DNA from: an uncultured Actinomycetes bacterium
GTDB taxonomy: Bacteria > Actinomycetota > Thermoleophilia > Gaiellales > Gaiellaceae
Direction: 5' to 3'
Assembly (NCBI GenBank): GCA_963717765.1
Contig: CAVQWX010000006.1
Coordinates: forward strand, 16,379-80,378
DNA: 64,000 nt
The stretch's first letter is position 1, and each line of letters begins with the position of its first letter. Below are positions 46,100 through 53,561 of this stretch, piece by piece. The notes beneath the pieces are model-generated. The model was not told where the DNA came from and did no database searches. It saw only the letters and a list, made by a program, of their open reading frames with translations. A program made the translations under genes and the position numbers.

Positions 46100-46876
46100 C
46101 TACGCGGAACTTACTGCAGTCGTCGCGAGGCTGCTATCCCCACCGGCTGGAGCCTGGAGGATCGGGGAGGAGGGCCGGAACCCCTTCACGGTGCAGTAGA
46201 TGCCGAGTGACAGCTCCCACAGGAACTCGGGGATCGTCGCGATGGCCTGAAGCGTGCTGCCGCCGCTGCCATGGTCGCCGCCGAACAGGACGATGGTGCC
46301 GGACACGATGATGAGCGGCCCACCGACAAGACCCAGCCACGTCATCTTTCGCGGCACCAGGCCGGAGCGGTACATGAGGTAGCCGAGGATCAACCCGTTC
46401 CCCCAGCCGACGACCCAGCCCGGCCCCAGGAGAAACGTCCAGTCCTTGATCGCGGCAAGGGTGTAGGCAACCGAGCCTTCGGCGGCGCCGGCGACTTGCT
46501 GCTGCAGCGTGATGATTCCCAAGACGGCAACGATGCCGACGAGAATGAATGTGCACTCCACGAGGCGGGCGGCCACGTACCCGAGCGCCAACTCTTCGCT
46601 CTGTCGCCTGACGATCGGGAAGATCACCACGGCGGTGCCGATGTTCGCGATGATGAGCAGCAACTCCAAGAGCGCCCCGAAGAGGATCCGGTTGTCCTGG
46701 CCGGCGCCCGCGATGTACGCGATGGGGTGGTCCAGCACCGGCTGGTAGAGGAACGCCGCGGGTATCGACGTGGCGAAAGTGATGAGAAAGAGCACCCCGA
46801 AGATGCGCGCCCGTTGTTGATCGGATAGCAACTCTCGCGACCCCTTTCCTCGGGGGTGGCCGCAGGCTGATCCCAC
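46100..46876 (-). CDS. DUF4386-like integral membrane protein
   Basis: RIFGVLFLITFATSIPAAFLY followed by multiple TM helices, which resembles DUF4386. The exact start is uncertain. Confidence 0.55.
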   Translation of the reverse strand: MGSACGHPRGKGSRELLSDQQRARIFGVLFLITFATSIPAAFLYQPVLDHPIAYIAGAGQDNRILFGALLELLLIIANIGTAVVIFPIVRRQSEELALGYVAARLVECTFILVGIVAVLGIITLQQQVAGAAEGSVAYTLAAIKDWTFLLGPGWVVGWGNGLILGYLMYRSGLVPRKMTWLGLVGGPLIIVSGTIVLFGGDHGSGGSTLQAIATIPEFLWELSLGIYCTVKGFRPSSPILQAPAGGDSSLATTAVSSA

Positions 46877-47088
46877 GCCACCGGATCCGAATCGGCGCGG
46901 ACGCTAGCACTCGCTCCCGCGAAATCCAAATAGGCCGAACGGCCCATCCGTGCCCTGGTGCGGTCTGACCTGTTGTCGGCGATGGCGACAGGGTCGTACA
47001 TACCTCGATGAGGAGTCAGGACGAAGCCGTTAGGATCGCTTGAGGAGTAAACGAGCACGACTAGCGGGACATTTTCGTCCCGCCCGAC

Positions 47089-50000
47089 ATGAAGCAGGAC
47101 TCCACCAATGGCCTCGCGTCGATTCTTCGACGCCCTCTGCTGGAGAGCCGACTCGACGGGACGTTCGGGAAGCGCCTGACCTCGATCGTCGCGGGCGCCG
47201 GGTTCGGGAAGAGCACCTTGCTCGCAGAGTGGGCAAAGGATGTGAGCTGCGCCTGGCACACAGCCGGCTCGCAGGACAAGAGGCTGCCCACGTTTGCACG
47301 GGGGGTCGCTGCCGCCGTGCGGTCCTGCGTGCCCGATCTCCCCGCCGAGATCACTGCCGTCGGGGGATCGAGCGAGCACCAGCTGAGCGCGGAGGCATTC
47401 GCCGCCGGTCTCTGCGCATCCTTGGACGAGCTGCTCGGTCACGACGTCGTTCTCGTCTTGGACGACGTCCACGAGCTGGGGCGGCGCGGAACGGCGGCAA
47501 CGCGCCTCGTCGAGAGCCTCTGCCGCCATGCGCCCCCCACGCTTCATCTGGTCGTCGCATCCCGTGACGAGCTTCCGTTTCCGATCGCGCGCCTACGCGG
47601 CCGGGGCGAGGTGCTCGAGCTCGATGCGTCGGACCTCGCATTCACGCAGGACGAAGTCGCCGAGCTGATCGCCATCACGCTTGGCCAAGGCTTTCAGGAG
47701 CTCGCACGGGCCGTCTATGCGGCGACGGCGGGCTGGCCAGCCGAGGTTCGGATGGTCGTCGAGGCACTCAGCTCGGTTCCCGAAGGCGAGCACCTTTCCG
47801 CGCTCGAGAGCCTGCGCCGGCCTGAGGGCCCGTTGTTCTCCTACGTAGCCGAGGAGGTCCTGGAGCGAGAGCCGGGAGATGTCGTCGAACTCTTGCGGCG
47901 GGCGGCGTGGCTCGAGCGTGTGAGTCCTGCTTTGTGTGTCGCCGTCGGGCTCCCGAACGCTCCGCAGGTCGTCGCCTCACTCGTGAGTCGAGGTTTTCTC
48001 CTTCCGGTGGAAAGCCGGGAGGAGACCTGGTTCTCGCTACACGCCCTTCTGCGTGAGTTCCTGCGCGACCGCAGGCCACTACACATACGCGAGCTGCGCA
48101 CCCTCTACAGGCGTGCAGCCCGTTGGTTCGAGGACAACGGGTACCTCGAGGATGCGCTTCAGACGGCCGGTCAGAGCGGCGACTCGGCGGAGCTCGGCCG
48201 GATCCTCCGCGACCATGGAGCCCGACTCCTCGCCGGCGGCGCCATCGAGGCAGTTCTCGAAGCCGCCGCCACGCTTCCGCCGGCGGCTCGCGGTAGCCCG
48301 CTCGAGCAACTCATCGGCGAAGCGCATGCGCTCAAGGGCGACTGGGCCGAGGCACTCGCCTGCTACGAGCGCGCAGCCGGTGGACCCAAGCTCTCGCCCG
48401 GGTTGGCCTGGCGCATCGGTCGTATCTATCTCGACCGCGGCGAGCCTGAGGAGGCGCTTGAAGCCTTTGGCCGCGGCGAGCTCGACGGGGGCGACCCGGC
48501 CGACGAAGCGATGCTCATGGCCTGGATCGCATCGGCGCAACTTGGGCGAGGTGAGCTGGGAAAGAGCCGACACAACGCGGCCAGGGCGCTCAAGCGCGCA
48601 ACGGCGTCAGGCGATCCTCGCGCGGTCGCAGTCGCCAGCAACGTGTCGATGGTGCTTGCCCTTCGAACCGATCCCTCCAAGGCAGAGGAGCACTTCCGCC
48701 GAGGTCTCGAGGCCGCGGAAAGCGCAGGCGACGTCCTGCAGGCGATCCGAATCCGCTCCAATCACGTCGCACATCTTCTTCAGCAAGGCTCCTTCCATGA
48801 CGCGCTGGCCGAGATCGAGCCGGCCGTTCACGGAGGCGAGGTCGCAGGGGCCCCGAGCGCGCTCGCATTCGCCCTCCTGAAGCGAGGCGAGACGCGGTAC
48901 TACCTCGGGCAGCTCGAGCTTGCGATCGCGGACTTCGAGGCGTCACGGGGGATCTACGAGCGGCTGGGATCGAGCCGTGCCTTCGGCGCGACGATGGAGA
49001 TCGGGGAGGTCTATTGCGAGAGAGGCGATCGTGCCCTCGCGCGGGCAGCGCTCGAGGCGGCTGCTCGCGGCGCCGCAGAGACGAATGACGCTCAGGTCCT
49101 GATCTACGCGCGCGCGAACCTTGCCCGGGTGCTTGCCGGAGATGATGACGAGCGGGCAGAGGAGCTCGCCCGGTCGGCTGTCGCGCTGGCGCGTTCGTCT
49201 GGCCATGGGATCGTCTTCGCGCTGTTGGCCTGGGGCTGGGTCGCGCTTGCCCACGGCGAACGAGAGAAGGCGGCGGAGCGCGCTCGCAAAGCTGCCTCGG
49301 CCGCGCGCGAGCGTGGCGATCGAGCCGGGCTCGCCGAGTCCCTCGAGCTGGAGGCGCTCTCTGACGTCCATCCTGCGCGCGACCGCCTCGAGGAGGCCCT
49401 CGAGATCAGGCGGGGCCTGGGCAACCCTCTGCACGAAGCCGCGACGGAGCTCGCGCTGGCTCGAGTCTCCTCGGGGCCTACGGGGCTTCCGGCGGCAGAT
49501 TTGGCAGAGCACAAGCTCCGCGCCCTCGGGATGCGACTCGGCCCGTCGAGGCCTGCGGGGCTCCTGCGGGCGGTTGCGCCAGGCGCTCCCGTGCCCTTGG
49601 CGATCGAGGCGCTCGGCGGCCTTCGGGTCCGCTGCGCGGGAAACACGGTGGCGCTGGGAGAGTGGCGGTCGAAAAAGGCTCGCGACCTCCTCAAGATCCT
49701 CGTCGCGCGCCGGGGCCGGCCGGCGCCGCGGGATGTTCTCATGGAGGTGTTGTGGCCCGACGAAGAAGTCGAGGCCTTGCCGAACCGGCTCTCCGTCGCG
49801 CTGACGGCGCTCCGGACGGGCCTCGACCCAGAGCGACAGTTCGCGTCCGGGTACTTCTTGGTTACAGACCGTCACTCGGTCCGGCTCGATCTCGAACATG
49901 CCACGGTCGACGTTGAGAGCTTCCTCGCGGCTGCGTCGGCCGGTCTGCGCCTCCTCGAGCAGGGATCGGTCGAGGCCGCGACCACGTTGGAAGCCGCCGA

Positions 50001-50319
50001 GCGCCTCTACACCGGCGACTTCCTCGAAGAGGACGTGTACGAGGATTGGGCGGTTTCCTTGCGCGAGGAAGCGCGCGGTGCCTACGTCGCCGTCGCCCGC
50101 GGGCTCGCCGAAACGAGCGCAGAGGCAGGTGAGCATGACGCCGCGGTGCGGTACCAGCTCCGCATCCTCGAGCGCGACCGCTACGACGAAAGAGCGCACC
50201 TCGGGCTGGTGACCGCGCTCGCCCGGGGCGGGCGCCACGGCGAGGCGCACCGGCAGTACCGGCGCTATGCCACTTTGATGGAGGAGATCGAAGTCGAGCC
50301 GGCCCCGGTTCCGGGCTAG
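47089..50319 (+). CDS. large STAND-type ATPase regulator: N-terminal P-loop NTPase + helical/TPR repeats + C-terminal OmpR-type wHTH and BTAD (SARP-like) domains
   Basis: P-loop VAGAGFGKSTLLAEW. C-terminus IEALGGLRVRCAGNTV..WRSKKARDLLKILV...LMEVLWPD, then YTGDFLEEDVYEDWAVSLREE...RYQLRILERDRYDERAHLGLV (BTAD). Confidence 0.8.
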   Translation: MKQDSTNGLASILRRPLLESRLDGTFGKRLTSIVAGAGFGKSTLLAEWAKDVSCAWHTAGSQDKRLPTFARGVAAAVRSCVPDLPAEITAVGGSSEHQLSAEAFAAGLCASLDELLGHDVVLVLDDVHELGRRGTAATRLVESLCRHAPPTLHLVVASRDELPFPIARLRGRGEVLELDASDLAFTQDEVAELIAITLGQGFQELARAVYAATAGWPAEVRMVVEALSSVPEGEHLSALESLRRPEGPLFSYVAEEVLEREPGDVVELLRRAAWLERVSPALCVAVGLPNAPQVVASLVSRGFLLPVESREETWFSLHALLREFLRDRRPLHIRELRTLYRRAARWFEDNGYLEDALQTAGQSGDSAELGRILRDHGARLLAGGAIEAVLEAAATLPPAARGSPLEQLIGEAHALKGDWAEALACYERAAGGPKLSPGLAWRIGRIYLDRGEPEEALEAFGRGELDGGDPADEAMLMAWIASAQLGRGELGKSRHNAARALKRATASGDPRAVAVASNVSMVLALRTDPSKAEEHFRRGLEAAESAGDVLQAIRIRSNHVAHLLQQGSFHDALAEIEPAVHGGEVAGAPSALAFALLKRGETRYYLGQLELAIADFEASRGIYERLGSSRAFGATMEIGEVYCERGDRALARAALEAAARGAAETNDAQVLIYARANLARVLAGDDDERAEELARSAVALARSSGHGIVFALLAWGWVALAHGEREKAAERARKAASAARERGDRAGLAESLELEALSDVHPARDRLEEALEIRRGLGNPLHEAATELALARVSSGPTGLPAADLAEHKLRALGMRLGPSRPAGLLRAVAPGAPVPLAIEALGGLRVRCAGNTVALGEWRSKKARDLLKILVARRGRPAPRDVLMEVLWPDEEVEALPNRLSVALTALRTGLDPERQFASGYFLVTDRHSVRLDLEHATVDVESFLAAASAGLRLLEQGSVEAATTLEAAERLYTGDFLEEDVYEDWAVSLREEARGAYVAVARGLAETSAEAGEHDAAVRYQLRILERDRYDERAHLGLVTALARGGRHGEAHRQYRRYATLMEEIEVEPAPVPG

Positions 50320-50364
50320 CGCGGGATCTGCTTAAGGGTCGTTTAAGAGCAGGCCCGGAGGATG
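50196..50364 (+). repeat. direct repeat copy 1 (3' end of regulator gene plus downstream leader)
   Basis: Aligns with 62939..63106 at about 94% by hand (about 9 mismatches and a 1-nt indel). Includes tagcgcgggatctgcttaagggtcgtttaagagc. Confidence 0.9.
50331..50347 (+). promoter_or_regulatory. candidate activator box CTTAAG-N5-TTTAAG (11-nt periodic direct repeat)
   Basis: AT-rich hexamers with starts 11 nt apart, 65 nt upstream of ATG 50396. The same box occurs at 63073 and a variant at 58608. Confidence 0.3.
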
Positions 50365-50395
50365 GATCGTTGACAAGTCGACCGAAGGAGTGGAC

Positions 50396-52366
50396 ATGAC
50401 ACCGATCACCTCGACACGGCTCCTGGCCGGAACGATCATGGCGATTGCGCTGGTGACGCTCGTGCTGGCAGCGGCGCCGGCGTGGGCGGTTGCCCCGCCG
50501 GTGACGGTTACGCTCGAGCCGGTACCGGCGGGGAGGACGACCGCAACGGCGGTCGAGCGGGTAGCCAACGGGCCTGGGAATGCCGACACCTGGATCCTCA
50601 ACGCCAACGTGTTGGTGCGAAACAACAGTGCAAGTGCGATCACATGGACGCGCTCGGAGCTCAGCACGGCGGGGCAGACGAAGATCCAGATCTTCAGCGT
50701 CCAGATTCCTGCAAACAGCTCGCGCCGCGTGCAGGTCTCGTCGTCGTTCACGGGGCCCTACCCGCTGGGCTCGGTCACCGGGAAGTTCAACTTCACTGGG
50801 TTCGACCAGGCGCTTCGGACCTTCACCTTGGCCGACATCAAGCATCAGACGCCCTCCGGCGCGTACTACCTCCCCTACAAGAAGTCCGACATGCCCGCGG
50901 GGACGTTCTGGACGAATTTCGAGACGCAGACCGACCAGAGCCACCACTACGGCGACCCGGCGCAGGCGTTCGCCTATGACCTCTTCGTCGTTCGCTGGAA
51001 CGGCAGCACGTGGACCCAGCTCAAGTCCGGGACGACGGGCTCGTCGAACAGCGACTTCCTCGCATACAACCTGCCGATCTACGCGCCAGACGACGGGACG
51101 ATCCTCGAGTGCCGCTACTCACTGCCGAACCTGACCCCGGGGACGAAGGACTCGAACCACCGCTTCGGCAACTCGATCTGGCTCCGCACCGGAAGCGGCG
51201 AGGTCATGGCCTTCGCCCACCTCAAACAGAACAGCATCCCAATCAGCCTGTGTCCGACGGAGTCAAAATCCAAGTTCGACAACGGCGGCACCGCGATTCA
51301 CGCCCAACCGGTCCAGGTCAAGGCCGGCCAGTTCATCGGGCGGGTCGGTAACTCCGGCAACACGAGCGGGCCGCACACGCACATCCAGCTCGATCGAAAC
51401 GCCCCCGCCGATGTCGACGACGCCAACTCGTTGTCGATGCCCGCGCTGCCGCTGGAGTTCCATCGCTTCCAGGCAACGGCGAACCGGAACAGCACGGTGG
51501 GGCCGTCACCCTCGCTGCAGACGATCGGCGACGCCTCTGCGCACGCGCTGCCGCCGTACGGACTGTTTCTGCCCAACTCACCGTGCTCCTGGCTGATCGT
51601 CGGGCCGGGCGCGCCCGAGGCTTCGGCGGCCAACGTGTCCACGACCTGCTTCCAGTCGCAGTTCAACGACCTCGTCCGCCAGGGCTACCTGCCGACGAAC
51701 CTGGACGGAATGAAGGTCGGCTCGGCCACGGCCTTCAACATCGTGGCGCGGCCGAACCGGCCGGCGACGGTCGCCTACGCGAACATGTCGGCCTCGACGT
51801 TCCAGTCCAACTTCGACTCCCTCAAGCAACAGGGCTACCGGCTTATCGACATCGACAACTACCTCGTTGGGTCGTCGGTCGTCTATGCGGGCGTGTGGGC
51901 CAAGCAGGGCGGGCCCGGCCAGGCCGTGTACCACGGCGCCTCACAGGCAACGCACAACAGCAACTTCCAGACGCTGACCGCACAGGGCTTCCGCCCGCAG
52001 GTGGTGTCGGCCACGAACTCGGCCAACGGGTTGATCTACAGCGCGATCTACGAGCTATCCGGCGCAGGCGGTTTCGTCACGGAGGTTACGCCCGAGGCGG
52101 ACTTCCAGAACCAATTCAACCTGCGCACGGGCCAGGGTCTCCGGCCGGTGGACGTCGATGGCCTCACGATCGGGACCACGGCGTACCTCTCGGTCACCTG
52201 GGACAACCTGGCGTCCACGAACTACGTGATGCACAACGCGATGACCTTCAGCGTGTGGGCGAGCACGTTCCAGCAGCAGAACGCGGCGGGCCGCCTGACC
52301 GATTCGTTGACCGGCTACCAAAGTGGAACGAATTCAAAGTACGCCGCTATTTGGCGCTTGCCGTAG
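50396..52366 (+). CDS. secreted M23 (LytM/lysostaphin-type) metallopeptidase with N-terminal beta-rich domain and 4-5 C-terminal ~48-aa tandem repeats (BTRD1-like)
   Basis: Start at ATG 50396 (RBS GAAGGAG; same leader as gene 63189). GQFIGRVGNSGNTSGPHTHIQLD is the M23 motif. The C-terminal repeats follow F.S.F..L..QGY.P..ID....G....Y..VW. Confidence 0.75.
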   Translation: MTPITSTRLLAGTIMAIALVTLVLAAAPAWAVAPPVTVTLEPVPAGRTTATAVERVANGPGNADTWILNANVLVRNNSASAITWTRSELSTAGQTKIQIFSVQIPANSSRRVQVSSSFTGPYPLGSVTGKFNFTGFDQALRTFTLADIKHQTPSGAYYLPYKKSDMPAGTFWTNFETQTDQSHHYGDPAQAFAYDLFVVRWNGSTWTQLKSGTTGSSNSDFLAYNLPIYAPDDGTILECRYSLPNLTPGTKDSNHRFGNSIWLRTGSGEVMAFAHLKQNSIPISLCPTESKSKFDNGGTAIHAQPVQVKAGQFIGRVGNSGNTSGPHTHIQLDRNAPADVDDANSLSMPALPLEFHRFQATANRNSTVGPSPSLQTIGDASAHALPPYGLFLPNSPCSWLIVGPGAPEASAANVSTTCFQSQFNDLVRQGYLPTNLDGMKVGSATAFNIVARPNRPATVAYANMSASTFQSNFDSLKQQGYRLIDIDNYLVGSSVVYAGVWAKQGGPGQAVYHGASQATHNSNFQTLTAQGFRPQVVSATNSANGLIYSAIYELSGAGGFVTEVTPEADFQNQFNLRTGQGLRPVDVDGLTIGTTAYLSVTWDNLASTNYVMHNAMTFSVWASTFQQQNAAGRLTDSLTGYQSGTNSKYAAIWRLP

Positions 52367-52386
52367 CACAGTTCAGGTAATGATCC

Positions 52387-52412
52387 GGGCGCGGCTCTCA
52401 CGAGCCGCGCCC
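52387..52412 (+). terminator. GC-rich hairpin downstream of the M23 gene
   Basis: gggcgcggctc-tcac-gagccgcgccc is a perfect 11-bp stem, 21 nt after the stop. There is no immediate U-tract, though a T-run follows about 40 nt later. Confidence 0.45.
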
Positions 52413-52492
52413 GAGCGTGAGGTGCCTCGCCTGGGTCCAAACGAGGCGCGGCTTCTTTTTTCCGAGACCAGCGGCCTACACAGGGAGGAAAC

Positions 52493-52673
52493 ATGCGCTC
52501 GCATCAGAATGGCCATCACCGTCGCGGCGCTCGCCGCCGCGAGTGCACTGTTCATCGCTACACCGGGAGCTATCGCAACCCAGGGCCAGCCGATCCTGGC
52601 CGGCTCGCAGGGGCCTGGCCGGACAGCGGCCGCACGGCCACGCTCGCGCCGGAGATCAGCGGGCTGCTCGTAG
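52493..52673 (+). pseudogene. 5' remnant paralogous to gene 58703 (RBS, start and signal peptide only)
   Basis: ggaggaaacATG..., then (after a frame shift) MAITVAALAAASALFIATPGAIATQGQPILAGSQG. Compare 58703: SAILVAALAAASVLFIGTPGAIATQGQSVLAGMQN. Similarity is lost after about 35 codons. Confidence 0.6.
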
Positions 52674-53156
52674 CGTCGCGGACCACGCCCGCGAGCCCGG
52701 GCATGATCGGCGGCGGGGTCGGCGAGCACGAGCCGTCGGGGTCAGGGGCGCGATGCGGACGTCGGCGAGCAGGTGCGCGGCGACGCTTGCCCCTCCGGGC
52801 AGGATCGGCGTACCACCCGGGATGGCGAGCGGCACGCCGGGCGTCTGGCCATGCGGGGCGGGGTTGCCGATCGCCCCGTAGCCCGAGGCTGCGACGGCGA
52901 GCGCCCAGTCTCCGGGCGCGAGCACCGGTAGCGCGAACAGGCCGAAGGCGTTCGAGGGCAGCGCCGCGGGCGCCGTCTGGCCCGAGAGCGGCACGAGCCA
53001 GAGGCCGGCCCCGGCGAGCGGACGGCCCGTGCAGACGTCGCGCACGGCGCCGGCCAGCGCCGGCGGCGAGAGGGCGGCGACCGCCGGAGGGGCGAGTGCA
53101 ACCCCCACGGCGACGACCACCGCCAGAGCAGAGATGGTGCGAGCGGCCTTCAGCAT
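52656..53156 (-). CDS. secreted protein with carboxypeptidase-regulatory-like (CarboxypepD_reg) domain
   Basis: Signal MLKAARTISALAVVVAVGVALA. GAVRDVCTGRPLAGAGLWLVP...FGLFALPVLAPGDWALAVAASGY fits the CarboxypepD_reg pattern. The Arg-rich C-terminal tail may be non-native. Confidence 0.45.
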   Translation of the reverse strand: MLKAARTISALAVVVAVGVALAPPAVAALSPPALAGAVRDVCTGRPLAGAGLWLVPLSGQTAPAALPSNAFGLFALPVLAPGDWALAVAASGYGAIGNPAPHGQTPGVPLAIPGGTPILPGGASVAAHLLADVRIAPLTPTARARRPRRRSCPGSRAWSATLRAAR

Positions 53157-53461
53157 TGCTCCTCCTCGAGGTTTGGAGGATGCGCTCCGGCGACCCTGGC
53201 CTCGGCGACGAGGTCGCGGACGTGCAGTTCGCGGACGAGCGGCCGCAGCGGCAGGTCGTCGAAGGCGCCGCTCAGCCGTTCACGGCAGAAGCGGCGCCAC
53301 GCGCCCTCCGAGTCCCAGACGTCGATCGTGCGGAACCCCTCGTCCGTCGGCCCGGCGGCATGCAGGATCAGCCCGGGCACGCCGGGCTCCTGCAGCGCCA
53401 GCTTGACCAAGCGATAGTGCTCCCAGCTCGCCGCGACGTCTTGCACGACCGCAAACGCCAT
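53150..53461 (-). CDS. small hypothetical protein (possibly ABM/dimeric alpha-beta barrel-like)
   Basis: 103 aa, overlapping the start of the downstream gene by 7 nt. No firm motif. Confidence 0.4.
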   Translation of the reverse strand: MAFAVVQDVAASWEHYRLVKLALQEPGVPGLILHAAGPTDEGFRTIDVWDSEGAWRRFCRERLSGAFDDLPLRPLVRELHVRDLVAEARVAGAHPPNLEEEQC

Positions 53462-53561
53462 CCCCGCTCCTTTCGCTCCAAGATGCTCGGAGCATGCGCG
53501 CGCGCGATTTAGCTTCGATATAGCCTTGGCTTAGTGGCTTCTGCAGCCCGAGGATAGGACC

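Noticed and set aside
48943-50947. Minus-strand ORFs 48943..50250 (435 aa) and 49862..50947 (361 aa)
   Set aside because: They are antisense to regulator 47089..50319 and to the 5' end of the M23 gene. Their translations are low complexity.
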